64,000 bases of DNA from Candidatus Hydrogenedens sp. GTDB lineage: Bacteria; Hydrogenedentota; Hydrogenedentia; Hydrogenedentales; Hydrogenedentaceae. Shown here in pieces: positions 46,569 through 57,902 of the stretch (positions within the stretch are counted from its first letter, which is position 1; each line of letters opens with the position of its first letter). The notes under the pieces were generated by a model. It was given only the letters and a program-made list of their open reading frames with translations. It did not search any database and was not told where the DNA came from. A program made the translations under genes and the position numbers. The stretch spans positions 352,001 to 416,000 of the forward strand of contig JBMFRC010000001.1 of the NCBI GenBank assembly GCA_049968235.1. Reading direction: 5' to 3'.

Positions 46569-48563
46569 ATGGCAGAAGAAAAAAAATCAATTAGTTCACT
46601 GATGGTAGAAAATAGAACTTTTCCACCATCTGAAGAAGTTCGAAAAAGAGCCCACATCAAATCGTTCGATGAGTATTATCAGATGTGGAAGCGGTCTATA
46701 GATGACTGCGAAAATTTCTGGTTAGAACAGGCAGAAACCTTGTCCTGGTTCAAAAAGCCCACCAAAGCCCTGGAATATACATGGAACACAGAAGCACGGA
46801 TAATCCGCCATACATGGTTCGCCGATGGTGAATTAAATGTGACTTATAACTGCCTTGACCGTCATCTAAATACACCAATAGCAAAGAAAACCGCTATTAT
46901 CTGGCAGGGTGAACCTGAAGAAGATGTAAAACACATTACTTATGAGGAACTTCATAAAGAAGTTTGTAAGTTCGCAAATGTATTAAAGTCTTTAGGTGTA
47001 AAGAAGGGTGACCGTGTATGTATTTACCTACCTATGATACTTGAACTACCGATTGTTATGCTTGCTTGTGCTCGTATTGGTGCCATTCATTCTATAGTAT
47101 TTGGTGGTTTCAGTGCGGAATCTCTTCGTGACCGCATCAACGATTCTTCATGCAAAATCCTTATTACATCAAATACCTCTTTGCGTTCCGGCAAGTCCAT
47201 TCATCTAAAGGAGATTGCTAATAACGCAATGAAAGAAACTCCGTCGATTGAAAAATGTGTTGTCGTGAAAAGAAATAATGAGCCTTGTTCCATGACCGAA
47301 GGTCGGGATTTATGGTATGACGAACTCATGGCAAAGGCATCCGATGTTTGTGAACCTGAAAAGATGAATGCAGAAGATTATTTATTCATCCTTTATACAT
47401 CCGGTTCCACCGGCAAACCTAAGGGGGTAGTTCATAGTACAGCAGGTTATTTACTTCATGTGTCTCTATCGCATAAATATATCTTTGATATTCACGATGA
47501 TGATATTTATTGGTGTACTGCAGACATCGGTTGGGTTACAGGTCATAGTTATATTGTTTACGGTCCACTTTGCAACGGTGCTACAACCGTTATGTTTGAG
47601 GGTGTTCCTACTTATCCTGATGCAGGTCGTTTCTGGCATATCGTTGATAAATTTAAGTGTACCGTTATCTACACAGCACCCACTGCCATTCGCACACTCA
47701 TCCAGAAAGGTGATGAATGGCCTGCTAAGTATGATTTAAGTTCACTTCGTGTATTAGGTTCCGTAGGTGAACCGATTAATCCCGAAGCTTGGATATGGTA
47801 CTACGAAAAGATTGGAAGAGGTCGTTGCCCGATTGTGGATACATGGTGGCAGACAGAAACCGGCGGTATCTTAATTACACCTCTTCCCGGTGCACATACA
47901 CTGAAGCCCGGAAGTGCTGGTAGACCATTCTTCGGTGTTGACCCTGTTATTCTAAGAGATGACGGAACAGAAGTAGATGCCAATGAAGGTGGGAAACTTT
48001 GTATTCGTAAACCCTGGCCGGGCATGATGAGGACCACATGGGGCGACCATGATAGGTTTATTGATACCTACTTTACTATGTATAAGAACCTGTACTTCAC
48101 AGGTGATGGTTGCAGACGGGACGAAGACGGTGACTACTGGTTAATGGGTCGTATTGACGATGTGGTCAATGTCTCCGGTCACCGTATTGGAACGGCAGAA
48201 GTAGAAAGTGCTTTGGTCTCCCATGAAAAAGTCGCAGAAGCGGCAGTTGCTCCAATGCCTCATCCTATTAAAGGGCAAGCTTTATATGCTTATGTAACTC
48301 TGGTCGCAGGTGTTGAAGAAAGTGAAGAACTCCGGAAAGAACTGGTTATGCATGTCCGTAAAGAAATCGGACCTATTGCCGCACCGGATGTTATTCAATT
48401 TGCCCGTGCATTACCCAAGACCCGTTCCGGTAAGATTATGCGTCGTATCCTTCGTAAAATTGCCGAAAATGACTTTAGCAATTTAGGTGATACCACTACA
48501 TTGGCTGACCCGAAAGTCGTCGAAGAACTCGTTGAAGGCAGAAAAGCCTTACTTAAAGATTAA
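46569..48563 (+). CDS. acs: Acetyl-CoA synthetase (AMP-forming)
   Basis: AMP-binding signature [11 protein letters not shown], ...TWWQTETGG..., and a C-terminal [10 protein letters not shown] lysine loop. The GGAGG SD at 46556-46560 precedes the ATG at 46569 (the tracker start at 46554 overlaps the SD). Confidence 0.9.
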   Translation: MAEEKKSISSLMVENRTFPPSEEVRKRAHIKSFDEYYQMWKRSIDDCENFWLEQAETLSWFKKPTKALEYTWNTEARIIRHTWFADGELNVTYNCLDRHLNTPIAKKTAIIWQGEPEEDVKHITYEELHKEVCKFANVLKSLGVKKGDRVCIYLPMILELPIVMLACARIGAIHSIVFGGFSAESLRDRINDSSCKILITSNTSLRSGKSIHLKEIANNAMKETPSIEKCVVVKRNNEPCSMTEGRDLWYDELMAKASDVCEPEKMNAEDYLFILYTSGSTGKPKGVVHSTAGYLLHVSLSHKYIFDIHDDDIYWCTADIGWVTGHSYIVYGPLCNGATTVMFEGVPTYPDAGRFWHIVDKFKCTVIYTAPTAIRTLIQKGDEWPAKYDLSSLRVLGSVGEPINPEAWIWYYEKIGRGRCPIVDTWWQTETGGILITPLPGAHTLKPGSAGRPFFGVDPVILRDDGTEVDANEGGKLCIRKPWPGMMRTTWGDHDRFIDTYFTMYKNLYFTGDGCRRDEDGDYWLMGRIDDVVNVSGHRIGTAEVESALVSHEKVAEAAVAPMPHPIKGQALYAYVTLVAGVEESEELRKELVMHVRKEIGPIAAPDVIQFARALPKTRSGKIMRRILRKIAENDFSNLGDTTTLADPKVVEELVEGRKALLKD

Positions 48564-48594
48564 TATGAATACTTTTTGTTAAAAGAACTTTTTG

Positions 48595-48640
48595 GAGCCG
48601 TGAGATGTCGCTACATTATACTCACGGCTCTTATTAAATT
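48595..48640 (+). terminator. Hairpin after acs (GAGCCGTGAG-N16-CTCACGGCTC) followed by a U-rich stretch; candidate terminator/attenuator
   Basis: Perfect 10-bp inverted repeat at 48595-48604 and 48621-48630, then TTATTAAATT. It lies between the acs stop and the probable MFS start (48669). Confidence 0.4.
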
Positions 48641-48668
48641 AAAAATAAATCTCTGGAGGGTTTTAAGT

Positions 48669-50060
48669 ATGAGTGAACAAAAAACTCAAAATCGTTGGAT
48701 TGTTGTTATTGGAGCACTTATTGTTCAGGTAAGTCTGGGTGCTGTCTATATCTGGAGTGTATTTCAAACTCCACTCAAAGCAGCCTTCCCCACATGGACT
48801 GAAACGCAAGTAACTTATCCATCACAGATTGTGCTTGCCACATTTGCCCTCGCTGTTATTATTGGGGGAAGAATTCAAGATAAGTTAGGACCCCGAATTG
48901 TAGGAATTTCTGGCGGAATTATTTTAGGGGTTGGACTTATTCTGGCTAAATTCACACAAAATTTTATATCCTCTCCTGAAATGGCTTTATACTGGCTTAT
49001 CTTTTCCTTCTCTATATTAGGTGGATTGGGAATTGGTTTCGCTTATGTTTGTCCTATTGCCACCTGTGTAAAATGGTTTCCGGATAAAAGAGGTTTAATT
49101 ACTGGATTAGCAGTTGCAGGTTTCGGTGCGGGTGCCTTTTTCTTCGCTCCTTTAGCCAAAGCATTAATATCGGGTGGGGCATACGAAATTATGACCGTGA
49201 AACTTTTCTCGCTACCTCAGGTCGGTGTATTCAATACTTTTCTTACACTCGGGGTTATTTTCCTCGTTGCCGTTGTATTTGGTTCTTATCTGTTAAAAAA
49301 TCCTCCCGCAGGTTATAAACCCGCAGGTTGGAATCCTCCACAACCTTCAGGTGGAGCAGGAACTCGTGTCGATTATAGTCCCACAGAAATGTTAGCAACC
49401 CCTGCTTTCTGGTTGCTCTGGATTACTTATTTTGCAGGTTGCACAGCAGGTTTGCAAGTAATTATGAAAGCATCCCCTATCTGGCAATCTTTCAGCGTGT
49501 CCGCAGTAACTACAAGACCTGTCCCTGAAGATATATTTAGTGGAATAGTCTCCAAAGGAGCCATGGCTGTTTCTCTTATCGCTATATTTAATGCAGTGGG
49601 ACGAATCTTCTGGGGTAAGGTCTCCGATAATATCGGTAGAAAAGCAACCTTAACTATTATGTTCTTGTTATGTGGCATTGCTATGTTACTATTAAACTAT
49701 TTGAAAACATATCCTTTATATATTTTGGGAATAGGTGTTGTAGGATTATGCTTTGGTGGATACCTGGCGTTGTATCCTGCTGTCATAACAGATTACTATG
49801 GAACAAAGAATGTTGGTATCAATTACGGTCTGATGTTTACCGCATACGGAGCAGGGGGACTGGCGGGTCCTTATCTTGCTGCAAAATTAATGACTGTTGC
49901 AGAAAAAGTTCCTTATATAATCACGGAAAAAGGTGCTCAAATTACAAAAGAATTTGCTTTAGGTAGTTATAGCACCGCATTTATTGTTAGCGGTATTGCC
50001 TGTCTTGTAGCAGGTGCTATCATACTTATTATTCAGCCTCCGAAAACAGCCAGTAATTAA
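48669..50060 (+). CDS. MFS transporter, oxalate/formate antiporter (OFA) family-like
   Basis: N-terminus MSEQKTQNRWIVVIGALIVQVSLGAVYIWSVF and 12 TM helices are typical of OFA-type MFS. The ATG at 48669 is preferred over the TTG-extended tracker start, which would include the upstream hairpin. Confidence 0.75.
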   Translation: MSEQKTQNRWIVVIGALIVQVSLGAVYIWSVFQTPLKAAFPTWTETQVTYPSQIVLATFALAVIIGGRIQDKLGPRIVGISGGIILGVGLILAKFTQNFISSPEMALYWLIFSFSILGGLGIGFAYVCPIATCVKWFPDKRGLITGLAVAGFGAGAFFFAPLAKALISGGAYEIMTVKLFSLPQVGVFNTFLTLGVIFLVAVVFGSYLLKNPPAGYKPAGWNPPQPSGGAGTRVDYSPTEMLATPAFWLLWITYFAGCTAGLQVIMKASPIWQSFSVSAVTTRPVPEDIFSGIVSKGAMAVSLIAIFNAVGRIFWGKVSDNIGRKATLTIMFLLCGIAMLLLNYLKTYPLYILGIGVVGLCFGGYLALYPAVITDYYGTKNVGINYGLMFTAYGAGGLAGPYLAAKLMTVAEKVPYIITEKGAQITKEFALGSYSTAFIVSGIACLVAGAIILIIQPPKTASN

Positions 50061-50081
50061 AAACATATCCAAATTTATACA

Positions 50082-50121
50082 ATAGGGTAGAGAATATTAT
50101 TTTCTCTATCCTATTTTTTTC
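50082..50121 (+). terminator. Rho-independent terminator between convergent genes
   Basis: 13-bp stem ATAGGGTAGAGAA / TTCTCTATCCTAT (one G.U pair) with a 7-nt loop, followed by TTTTTTT. Sits 21 nt after the MFS stop and abuts the 3' end of the minus-strand ligase-like gene. Confidence 0.6.
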
Positions 50122-50139
50122 GCTGGATATAAAGAATAC

Positions 50140-51618
50140 TCAGGGTAATTCCTCTTTTTTAGAAACAGGAGAAATTTCATCTTGCAGGATTATGAATATT
50201 GCCAAAGAAAAAGCAAGATATACCTGCCCAATAGGATAGGAAAGGCGGGGAAAAGCCAGTGACATAACCACTATTTGTGAAACTAATGCACACCAGTAAC
50301 CAATCCAAAAACCTTTATCTTCTCCCTGATATTCAACATTGACAAGATAACCACTCCGCAACATAATACCTACTAAAGCAAAAAGCATAATACAAAACCC
50401 AATAATCCCACCTTTGAACAACCAATATACCCAAAGATTATGTAAAGTCTGATAAGTGGAAAGAGCATACAAATCCTGCCAAAAATTCGAGGCTAAACCC
50501 ATTCCTTCAAACTGGCTTCCCATCCCGGTCCCTAACAATGGGGATTTTTTAAAGTTTTCAAGGGCTCCCGTAACTTCAACCAACCGTGCCTGAAGGGAAA
50601 TACCTAAATCCGAATTCGTCCAGGATAATATGTCTAAATGGAAAAGAAGAACCAGGGTAAAAAAGATAACGGTTAAGCATAACATAAACATAACAAATGC
50701 TAAAGGTCGCAGTCGTGAGGGCAAGTAGATAATGAATACAAGGACGCTGCCAAAAAATACGCTAACCAATGCAGTTTTCATCATTAATATGAAAAGAGGA
50801 AGGGTAAAAAATGCAACAAGAATAAGTGCCTTTAATTTTTCTTTATACTCTTTCTGGTAGAAAAACTGACTTAGAAATATAATGAAAAATATTTCAAAGA
50901 ACATGTGCCCATTTAAGCGAACTTCCTGTAATCGGAAAGGACCTATTTTAGCCGGTACAAATTCCCCTAAATAATTCTGAAAACGGAGTACTTTCCCTGT
51001 AAAAAAAACATAAATAAATATCGCACAGGTGGCAATTCCCAATAATACCGTCAGTATAAAAATTATATTGATAGTCTTCTTTAAAGAAGTCAGGGATTTC
51101 CATGCGTGTGGAAAGATAATAGCAGAGAGGAAGAAGAATGGGAATCGTGTTTCTGCTATGACACGTTGCCAATTGTGACCGGATACAAATCCAATGGTAG
51201 CAATATAAACAAAAAACATCAAATACAGGAGGGCGAAATACAGGAAAATGCTCCACCGCCAATATACTCGTTCAAGAACAAGGTTAACAAAAAAATTTCC
51301 TAAAAACATGAACATCATAATTTCACGGGGATGCAATTCCATACCTGCAACAGGAAAAATCCTTATGGAAATATAATAATGATTAAGCATCATAAACACG
51401 AGAAAGATAGTGGCAGAGTAATTCAGGGGAAGTAAAAAATATAAAACCGCTAAAGGAGCGGATAAACCCAAAAGAAGGACATATAAAAAAGGAAGTTTTA
51501 TGATGAAGAGCAAAAAAATAAGCCCCAAACCATAAAGAAGTGTGCAAAGAAAAACAACAATCGGGAGGGATGTTTTTGTTAAAAACAATTTTTTTTCTTG
51601 GGATATTACTTTCTGCAC
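50140..51618 (-). CDS. O-antigen ligase/polymerase family (Wzy_C domain) polytopic membrane protein
   Basis: 492 aa, 10 or more TM helices. A periplasmic loop with the ...TLHNLWVYWLFKGGIIGF motif (H-N...E/W...G-x-x-G) is characteristic of WaaL/Wzy-type ligases. Confidence 0.6.
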   Translation of the reverse strand: MQKVISQEKKLFLTKTSLPIVVFLCTLLYGLGLIFLLFIIKLPFLYVLLLGLSAPLAVLYFLLPLNYSATIFLVFMMLNHYYISIRIFPVAGMELHPREIMMFMFLGNFFVNLVLERVYWRWSIFLYFALLYLMFFVYIATIGFVSGHNWQRVIAETRFPFFFLSAIIFPHAWKSLTSLKKTINIIFILTVLLGIATCAIFIYVFFTGKVLRFQNYLGEFVPAKIGPFRLQEVRLNGHMFFEIFFIIFLSQFFYQKEYKEKLKALILVAFFTLPLFILMMKTALVSVFFGSVLVFIIYLPSRLRPLAFVMFMLCLTVIFFTLVLLFHLDILSWTNSDLGISLQARLVEVTGALENFKKSPLLGTGMGSQFEGMGLASNFWQDLYALSTYQTLHNLWVYWLFKGGIIGFCIMLFALVGIMLRSGYLVNVEYQGEDKGFWIGYWCALVSQIVVMSLAFPRLSYPIGQVYLAFSLAIFIILQDEISPVSKKEELP

Positions 51619-51677
51619 TGTTGTTTCCGTTTTTATATTACCCTACAATAAACCGCAATTTAATTTCTAATTGGTTA

Positions 51678-53408
51678 TTAACTTGCCAGACCTTTCTCGT
51701 GTTCTTCCGCCAACTGTTCAATAAAATCCAATTCCAGTTTGGGGAATAGAACTTTGGGCGGGTTGAGAAGCCCCCCCGGGGCTAAAGGCTTTGTAATTTC
51801 TTCCCATATATCGTCTCCCCCTTCGGGACCCTGTTGCTTTATTTCATAATTTAAGATAGAACACAATTCTGAACTACCATCTGGTATAAAGGGGTTCATA
51901 AGGATTGTTAACGCCTTAACAACCTGAACACATACATAAAGGGTCGTTCCCGTTCTTGCTATATCCGTTTTTCGAGTTGTCCAGGGTTGTTTGGAGTCAA
52001 AATAGACATTGGCTTTACGGGCAAGATCTACCCATCGTTCTAAGGCTAAACGGAAACGGAATGTTTCAATACTTTCAGCAACTCCTTCTTTTGCTGTAGC
52101 AATGGCAGAAAGCATGGCTTTATCCGCTTCATCCATTGTCCCGGTGGAAGGAACTTTACCTTCAAAGTTCTTGATAATCATTGTTAAAGTTCGATGAACA
52201 AAATTTCCAACAATATCACAAAGTTCCCCATTATAATGGTTACGAAATTCATCCCAATCAAAATCAGAATCCTTACTCTCCGGCATAATAGAACATATAT
52301 AGTATCGAATAGCGTTTGTCCCTAATTTGTCAATAGCCCAGTTTACACGAATCATATTACCTTTGGACTTAGAACCCTTTTCGGACTTTCCTGTTTTGCG
52401 ATTAAAAATATTCAGGTATTCATTGCCAACCACATTGTCTGCCATAATAAAATTATCTTGTCCCATTAGCATAGCAGGGAAAATAACGGCATGGAAAGGA
52501 ACATTATCTTTACCAATAAAATGAATTAGCCTCGTATCTGGATTTTTCCACCAATCTTCCCATGCTTGCGGGTCATTATATTTGTCTATACCCCACTGCC
52601 TTGTATTGGTCACATAACCAATAGGGGCATCGAACCAGACATAAATACGTTTATTTAATGCATCCGGATGAGTCAACGGAATAGGCACTCCCCAATCGGT
52701 ATCTCGTGTGATACAACGGGGACGTAAATCATTTATCCAGCTCAAGGCTATACCACGGACATTACTTCGCCACTCCGGATGGGATTCTAACCAATGAGTA
52801 AGTCTTCCCTGAAATTTGGGCAAATCAAGAAACCAATGTAGAGATGTCTTTAATATAGGCGTGGAATTATCTCCAGGGATATTTGCACGAGGATTGACTA
52901 ATTCCTTTGCAGTATATTGGGCTCCACACTTTTCGCATTCATCACCATTAGCATCTTCATAACCACAACGGGGACATTGCCCTTTGACATAGCGGTCAGG
53001 TAAAAAGCGGTTTGTCTTCGTCGAATACCACAATTCCATTTCGCGTGGGAAAATATATTGTTTATTATAAAGGTTTGTAAAGAAAGATTGTGTGGTATCA
53101 ATATGCAAATCCCATGAAGTTCTCCCGTAAATATCATACGAAATCCCCAATCTTCGGAAGGCTTCCGCATTAGCATTATGATAACGGTCTATAACATCTT
53201 TGGGGGTCGTCCCTTCTTTCAATGCTGTTAAAGTAATGGGCACGCCATACTCATCCGAACCGCCTATATATAGGACTTTCTGACCTCGAAGCCGTTGATA
53301 GCGGACATAAATATCCGCAGGCAAATAGGCTCCTGCAATATGTCCTAAATGAATATGTCCGTTAGCATAGGGTAATGCACTCGTAACTAAAATTTTTTTA
53401 TAACCCAT
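51678..53408 (-). CDS. metG: Methionyl-tRNA synthetase
   Basis: N-terminal LPYANGHIHLGH (HIGH), zinc knuckle CPRCGYEDANGDECEKCG, and KMSKS-type KSKGN. Confidence 0.9.
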   Translation of the reverse strand: MGYKKILVTSALPYANGHIHLGHIAGAYLPADIYVRYQRLRGQKVLYIGGSDEYGVPITLTALKEGTTPKDVIDRYHNANAEAFRRLGISYDIYGRTSWDLHIDTTQSFFTNLYNKQYIFPREMELWYSTKTNRFLPDRYVKGQCPRCGYEDANGDECEKCGAQYTAKELVNPRANIPGDNSTPILKTSLHWFLDLPKFQGRLTHWLESHPEWRSNVRGIALSWINDLRPRCITRDTDWGVPIPLTHPDALNKRIYVWFDAPIGYVTNTRQWGIDKYNDPQAWEDWWKNPDTRLIHFIGKDNVPFHAVIFPAMLMGQDNFIMADNVVGNEYLNIFNRKTGKSEKGSKSKGNMIRVNWAIDKLGTNAIRYYICSIMPESKDSDFDWDEFRNHYNGELCDIVGNFVHRTLTMIIKNFEGKVPSTGTMDEADKAMLSAIATAKEGVAESIETFRFRLALERWVDLARKANVYFDSKQPWTTRKTDIARTGTTLYVCVQVVKALTILMNPFIPDGSSELCSILNYEIKQQGPEGGDDIWEEITKPLAPGGLLNPPKVLFPKLELDFIEQLAEEHEKGLAS

Positions 53409-53498
53409 GTGTTATTTATTCCTCAAAATATCTTTGGGTCTTGAATTTCTCTGGCGTTTGAAGTTCAAAAAATTAATAAAAAATTGCATGTCAAAAAA

Positions 53499-54275
53499 CT
53501 ATTGTTCAAGCAATGACATCAGATACTGATAACTTCTTTCAGCACTGTCCAGTGAATTATTCTCAAAATCGGTATCCTGTTCTATAATCCATTCGCCGGA
53601 ATTCATCTCTTTTACCTCTGCCAATACCCCTCGCCAATCTATTTTTCCATTATTACCTAATTCCGTAAATTTTAAAGGTTCTATTTCGCGAACATCTTTT
53701 AAGTGGAACAAAGAAATTCTCGTATTGTATCGTTTTGCAATAAGTAAGGGGTTTTTGTGTGTGGCGACATAAGCCCAGCCCAGGTCTAATTCAATATTAA
53801 TGCTCTGAGTATGAGTAACGAGTATATCTAAAAAATAGCCCTGTGCGGTGGCACTAAGTTCATGAGCATGATTGTGATAAGAAATGGAAAGCCCCTGTTG
53901 TTTTGCCTGATTACCTATTTGTTCCAGTTCATTGAGGACTGAAGATAAAAGGGTCTCATCTTGCCATATCTGAGGGTCAATCCATGGAACAACGACCTTG
54001 CTAATACCCGATTCTTGTACTTCATTGAAAAAACTCTGCGGGTTCTGTCTCAGCATTAAAAAGTCCACATGGGTGCTTATTGGTGTTAGATTATATTGTC
54101 GTAATTTTTTCACAAATTCTGGGATGGTCATCGTCCCTGTATCTGCAATTTCTACATACTGAAACCCTATATCAGCAATTCGTTGAAGGGCTTTATCACA
54201 ATCTTTTTTTAACTCATCACGAACTGTATAAAGTTGAAGTGCTATTATAGGAAATTGTGAATTGGAATGTGTCAT
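53499..54275 (-). CDS. Sugar phosphate isomerase/epimerase (xylose-isomerase-like TIM barrel)
   Basis: 258 aa. The conserved His/Glu/Asp pattern (YHNHAHE..., FHLKD) fits AP-endonuclease-2/xylose-isomerase-like TIM barrels. Confidence 0.65.
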   Translation of the reverse strand: MTHSNSQFPIIALQLYTVRDELKKDCDKALQRIADIGFQYVEIADTGTMTIPEFVKKLRQYNLTPISTHVDFLMLRQNPQSFFNEVQESGISKVVVPWIDPQIWQDETLLSSVLNELEQIGNQAKQQGLSISYHNHAHELSATAQGYFLDILVTHTQSINIELDLGWAYVATHKNPLLIAKRYNTRISLFHLKDVREIEPLKFTELGNNGKIDWRGVLAEVKEMNSGEWIIEQDTDFENNSLDSAERSYQYLMSLLEQ

Positions 54276-54278
54276 AAT

Positions 54279-55055
54279 TTATTTTTCATGTAGAAATATT
54301 TTTTTAAGGAAATTATAACTTTCTGAAATTTCTTCAAATATATCTCCTTGAAAGGAGTCCTGTTCATATATATACCATTCTACCTGGGCTGTTTTTGCAG
54401 ATGGGAGAATTTCTTCCCAGTTAAGTTCGCCTTTTCCTAAGGGGACAAAAATATGTCTCTTACCGGTAAGTTTCTTTTCTATCTTAGCATCTTTAATATG
54501 GATAACAGGGCACCGTTTCGGATATTTTTTTAGCCAATCCGCAGGATTGGAACCTCCAATGTATAGCCATGCTAAATCAAATTCCGCAAATAAATTATCC
54601 GGGCAGGTAGATTGTAAAAGGACATCCAGTTTGCATGAGGTCTGATTGGGAAAGAATTGAAGTTCCCAATCGTGATTATGATATGACAGACGTATATTTT
54701 TTAAGCGAAGTCGGGCACCCAGTGCATCCAGTCTTGCACAGCCTTTTAACCAGGCTTCTGCATCGGAACGACAATCGGACATCATTCCACCCGGAGCAAC
54801 ATCTGTTACACCTACTGTTTTCCAGAACTCCACCTGCTCATCAAATTTTTTCTCAAAATCTTCAACATTTATATGTGCTGCTACTGCTTTTAATCCTGCA
54901 TTATCCAGTGCAGAACATATTTCTTTTGCCGGTAAACCGGGCATGCCACTCCATTGAACATATTCATACCCAATTTCACGGACTTTTTTTAATGTGCCTT
55001 GCAAATCTTTTTTTGCTGGCTCACGAACACTATATAATTGCAGTCCAAAGGGCAT
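54279..55055 (-). CDS. Sugar phosphate isomerase/epimerase (xylose-isomerase-like TIM barrel), tandem paralog
   Basis: 258 aa. Same family pattern (YHNHDWE, IHIKD). 3 nt from the paralog. Confidence 0.65.
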   Translation of the reverse strand: MPFGLQLYSVREPAKKDLQGTLKKVREIGYEYVQWSGMPGLPAKEICSALDNAGLKAVAAHINVEDFEKKFDEQVEFWKTVGVTDVAPGGMMSDCRSDAEAWLKGCARLDALGARLRLKNIRLSYHNHDWELQFFPNQTSCKLDVLLQSTCPDNLFAEFDLAWLYIGGSNPADWLKKYPKRCPVIHIKDAKIEKKLTGKRHIFVPLGKGELNWEEILPSAKTAQVEWYIYEQDSFQGDIFEEISESYNFLKKIFLHEK

Positions 55056-55072
55056 AATATTTCCCTTTTTTA

Positions 55073-55489
55073 TTATTTAGTTTCCTGTTTTTCTTTCTTC
55101 TCTTTCTTCGGCTTCTTGGTCTCTTTCTCTTGGACCATATCTATAATTTCGATTCGAGCCAGTGGGGAACCATCTCCCAGTCTGTGGTCGAGCCGAAGGA
55201 TACGGGTATATCCACCAGCACGGTTGGCACAAGTAGGGGCAATCTCTTTAAATAATCGTGTTACAACATCATTATCGCGGAGGCGAGCAAATGCCAATCT
55301 TCTATGATGTACCGAATCTACTTTAGCAAGGGTGATTAAAGGCTCTGCAAACATTCGAAGTTCTTTTGCCTTCATCAAACCGGTTTCAATGGCATCATGA
55401 CGGAACAAGGCACACATTAAACTCCGCATCAATGCCTGTCTATGGGAAGTATTTCTACCTAATCTTCTTCCTACTTTACGATGTCGCAT
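55073..55489 (-). CDS. rplQ: 50S ribosomal protein L17
   Basis: [22 protein letters not shown]... canonical L17 N-terminus, with a Lys-rich C-terminal tail. Confidence 0.9.
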   Translation of the reverse strand: MRHRKVGRRLGRNTSHRQALMRSLMCALFRHDAIETGLMKAKELRMFAEPLITLAKVDSVHHRRLAFARLRDNDVVTRLFKEIAPTCANRAGGYTRILRLDHRLGDGSPLARIEIIDMVQEKETKKPKKEKKEKQETK

Positions 55490-55513
55490 GTTTCAAACTC
55501 CTCAACCAATTAT

Positions 55514-56608
55514 TTATTTGTCTTCTTGTTCTTTTTCTAACATTTTTTCTGCCAACAAATCCTCTGCCTCGCTTACCTGTCCCTGAACACCGGGTTCATG
55601 AAATTCTACAGGGAATCGTTTCGAATGAGAACTGGAACTTTGTCTTTTTTTCATTCCCAGATTGAGCCCTAATTTCTGGAGGCTCTCTTTAACTTTTACA
55701 ATTGTTGTCGCACCTAAATTCGGAAGTTTTGAAAGGGACTCTTCTGTATACCCTACAAGGTCGCCAAGTGTATGTATATCTGCCTTTTTGAAGCAATTTA
55801 AGGCTCTTTGCGGGAATTCTACCTGTTCGATGGGTTTGAGAAGAAGTTTATTCCTCTTGATTTCATTTATATCTTCTTCATTCTCTTCTTCCTCTTCAGA
55901 TTTCACCTCTACTTTTTCCTGTTTTACGAAGATACGAAGATGGTCAATTAATAATGAAGCGGATTGTTCTAAAGCCAATTCCGGGGTAATGGAACCGTTG
56001 GTCCAGATTTCAAGGATAAGTCGGTCATAATCCGTTTTTTGACCAACACGGGCATCTTCTACCTGAAAATTTACTTTGGTCACAGGGGAAAAATTGGCAT
56101 CGAGATAAATTGTTCCGCGTTCCGCATGTCCTAATTCCAATTCTTCCGCAGGAGAATATCCTCTACCACGGGAAACTTTAATGTCCATCTTCAGTTTGGC
56201 ATCACTACGAACCGGGACAGCAATGACATGGTCCGGGTTATATACATCTATGGGCTGACCTTCAAATAGGTCTTTTGCATAAATAATATTTTCGCCTTCG
56301 TGTTCAAAGGAGAAAATAAGTGATTCCCCTTGATTAAGGGATATTTGACATCGTTTCAGATTTAGAACCAGGTCCGTAACATCTTCTTGGAAACCGGGGA
56401 TTGCTGAAAATTCGTGATATATCCCATCTATTTTTATGGCAGTAATAGCACTCCCTTCAAGTGAAGCGAGAAGAACCCGCCGTAATGAATTTCCTACTGT
56501 TACGCCGTATCCCCGTTCAAATGGTTCTACAATAATCCGAGCATAACGGTCATTGGATGACGGGTCAAATTGAACCACTTCTGGAATGATGAATTCTTTT
56601 GCTACCAT
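55514..56608 (-). CDS. rpoA: DNA-directed RNA polymerase alpha subunit
   Basis: N-terminal domain ...EPFERGYGVTVGNSLRRVLLASLEGSAITAIKIDG and a C-terminal alpha-CTD helix-hairpin-helix. Position between rpsK and rplQ. Confidence 0.9.
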   Translation of the reverse strand: MVAKEFIIPEVVQFDPSSNDRYARIIVEPFERGYGVTVGNSLRRVLLASLEGSAITAIKIDGIYHEFSAIPGFQEDVTDLVLNLKRCQISLNQGESLIFSFEHEGENIIYAKDLFEGQPIDVYNPDHVIAVPVRSDAKLKMDIKVSRGRGYSPAEELELGHAERGTIYLDANFSPVTKVNFQVEDARVGQKTDYDRLILEIWTNGSITPELALEQSASLLIDHLRIFVKQEKVEVKSEEEEENEEDINEIKRNKLLLKPIEQVEFPQRALNCFKKADIHTLGDLVGYTEESLSKLPNLGATTIVKVKESLQKLGLNLGMKKRQSSSSHSKRFPVEFHEPGVQGQVSEAEDLLAEKMLEKEQEDK

Positions 56609-56678
56609 TTGGTTATACCCTTTGAATTTATGGTTATGCGTTTTATTTTTTTCTGTATTGTTTATATAGAAACAGAAG

Positions 56679-57077
56679 TTATACTCTTCTTCTTTTTCGG
56701 GGTCTACAACCGTTATGAGGAATAGGTGTTGTATCTTTTATCATGGTTACATTTAAGCCAGCTGCTTGAATGGCTCTAATTGCGGATTCGCGACCCGCAC
56801 CGGGTCCACTCACAAATACACTTACCTCACGAAGTCCCATTTCCAGAGCCTTTTTACTGGCTTGTTCTGCAGCTAATTGTGCCGCATAAGCCGTGCTTTT
56901 GCGAGAACCGCTAAAACCTACCTGTCCCGCACTGGACCAGGAAATGACATTGCCTAAATGGTCCGTTATGGAAACAATCGTATTGTTAAATGTTGCCTGA
57001 ATATAGGCGTTACCGGATGTTATCCCTAATATGACTTTTTTCTTTTTTGCTCTTGATTTACCTTTGTCTTTTTGCAC
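56679..57077 (-). CDS. rpsK: 30S ribosomal protein S11
   Basis: ...[18 protein letters not shown]-type core and [15 protein letters not shown]... typical of S11. Confidence 0.9.
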   Translation of the reverse strand: MQKDKGKSRAKKKKVILGITSGNAYIQATFNNTIVSITDHLGNVISWSSAGQVGFSGSRKSTAYAAQLAAEQASKKALEMGLREVSVFVSGPGAGRESAIRAIQAAGLNVTMIKDTTPIPHNGCRPRKRRRV

Positions 57078-57129
57078 GGACGATACTCCTTTTGCAATTT
57101 ATTCAGTGTTGATATTATTAACGAAATAT

Positions 57130-57495
57130 TTATTTCTTCTTAGACGCAATTCTACGGGGGCCTTTCCGTGTGCGAGCATTGGTATGGGTTCGCTGTCCAC
57201 GAACGGGCAATCCCTTTTTATGACGGGACCCACGATAACTTCCTATGTCCATTAACCGCTTTATATTGGCGGCGATTTCACGCCGAAGGTCACCTTCTAC
57301 TTTATAATGATTCTGGATATAGGATGAAATTATATTTGCTTGTTCGTCAGTCAAATCGCGCACACGTGTATCTGGATTAATATTTGTATTCTTCAAAATT
57401 TCGAGTGCACGGGCAGGACCTACTCCGTAGATATAGGACAGTGCCACAACAATTCTTTTGTCTTTAGGTAAATCTACACCTACAACACGAGCCAT
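57130..57495 (-). CDS. rpsM: 30S ribosomal protein S13
   Basis: [30 protein letters not shown]... canonical S13. Confidence 0.9.
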   Translation of the reverse strand: MARVVGVDLPKDKRIVVALSYIYGVGPARALEILKNTNINPDTRVRDLTDEQANIISSYIQNHYKVEGDLRREIAANIKRLMDIGSYRGSRHKKGLPVRGQRTHTNARTRKGPRRIASKKK

Positions 57496-57512
57496 TCTTT
57501 ATCTCTCCTTAT

Positions 57513-57626
57513 TTATCCCTGTTTTTGTTTATGTTTTGGGTTATCACAAATAACACGGACCTGACCGTGTCTACGGATAATTTTACATTTCTCACAAATC
57601 TTTTTTACTGAACTTCTCACTTTCAT
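57513..57626 (-). CDS. rpmJ: 50S ribosomal protein L36 (37 aa); not in ORF track
   Basis: Minus-strand translation gives [37 protein letters not shown]. The zinc-ribbon C-x2-C...C-x4-H pattern and its position between infA and rpsM match L36. Confidence 0.85.
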   Translation of the reverse strand: MKVRSSVKKICEKCKIIRRHGQVRVICDNPKHKQKQG

Positions 57627-57644
57627 AATCGTTCCATTTCCTTC

Positions 57645-57881
57645 TTACTCGTTTGATGGACCTGATTGTTTAAACCGATATGTAATGCGACCTCGTGTAA
57701 GGTCATAGGGGGACATTTCCACCTTAACCTTATCACCGGGCAATATTCGTATAAAATTCATTCTCATTTTCCCTGAAACATGAGCCAGTATTGTGTGTCC
57801 ATTCTTCAGTTGTACTTTAAACATACAATTCGGTAGTGGTTCTACCACAACACCGTCAATTTCTATGGGCTTTTCTTTCAT
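57645..57881 (-). CDS. infA: Translation initiation factor IF-1
   Basis: 78 aa S1-like OB fold with ...[21 protein letters not shown]...[21 protein letters not shown]... Confidence 0.9.
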   Translation of the reverse strand: MKEKPIEIDGVVVEPLPNCMFKVQLKNGHTILAHVSGKMRMNFIRILPGDKVKVEMSPYDLTRGRITYRFKQSGPSNE

Positions 57882-57902
57882 ACGTTTTTTATATTTAGAC
57901 CT

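Noticed and set aside
48576-48668. TTG-extended N-terminus of the MFS transporter (tracker start 48576)
   Set aside because: The extension would encode the terminator-like hairpin after acs. An ATG at 48669 begins a typical OFA N-terminus.
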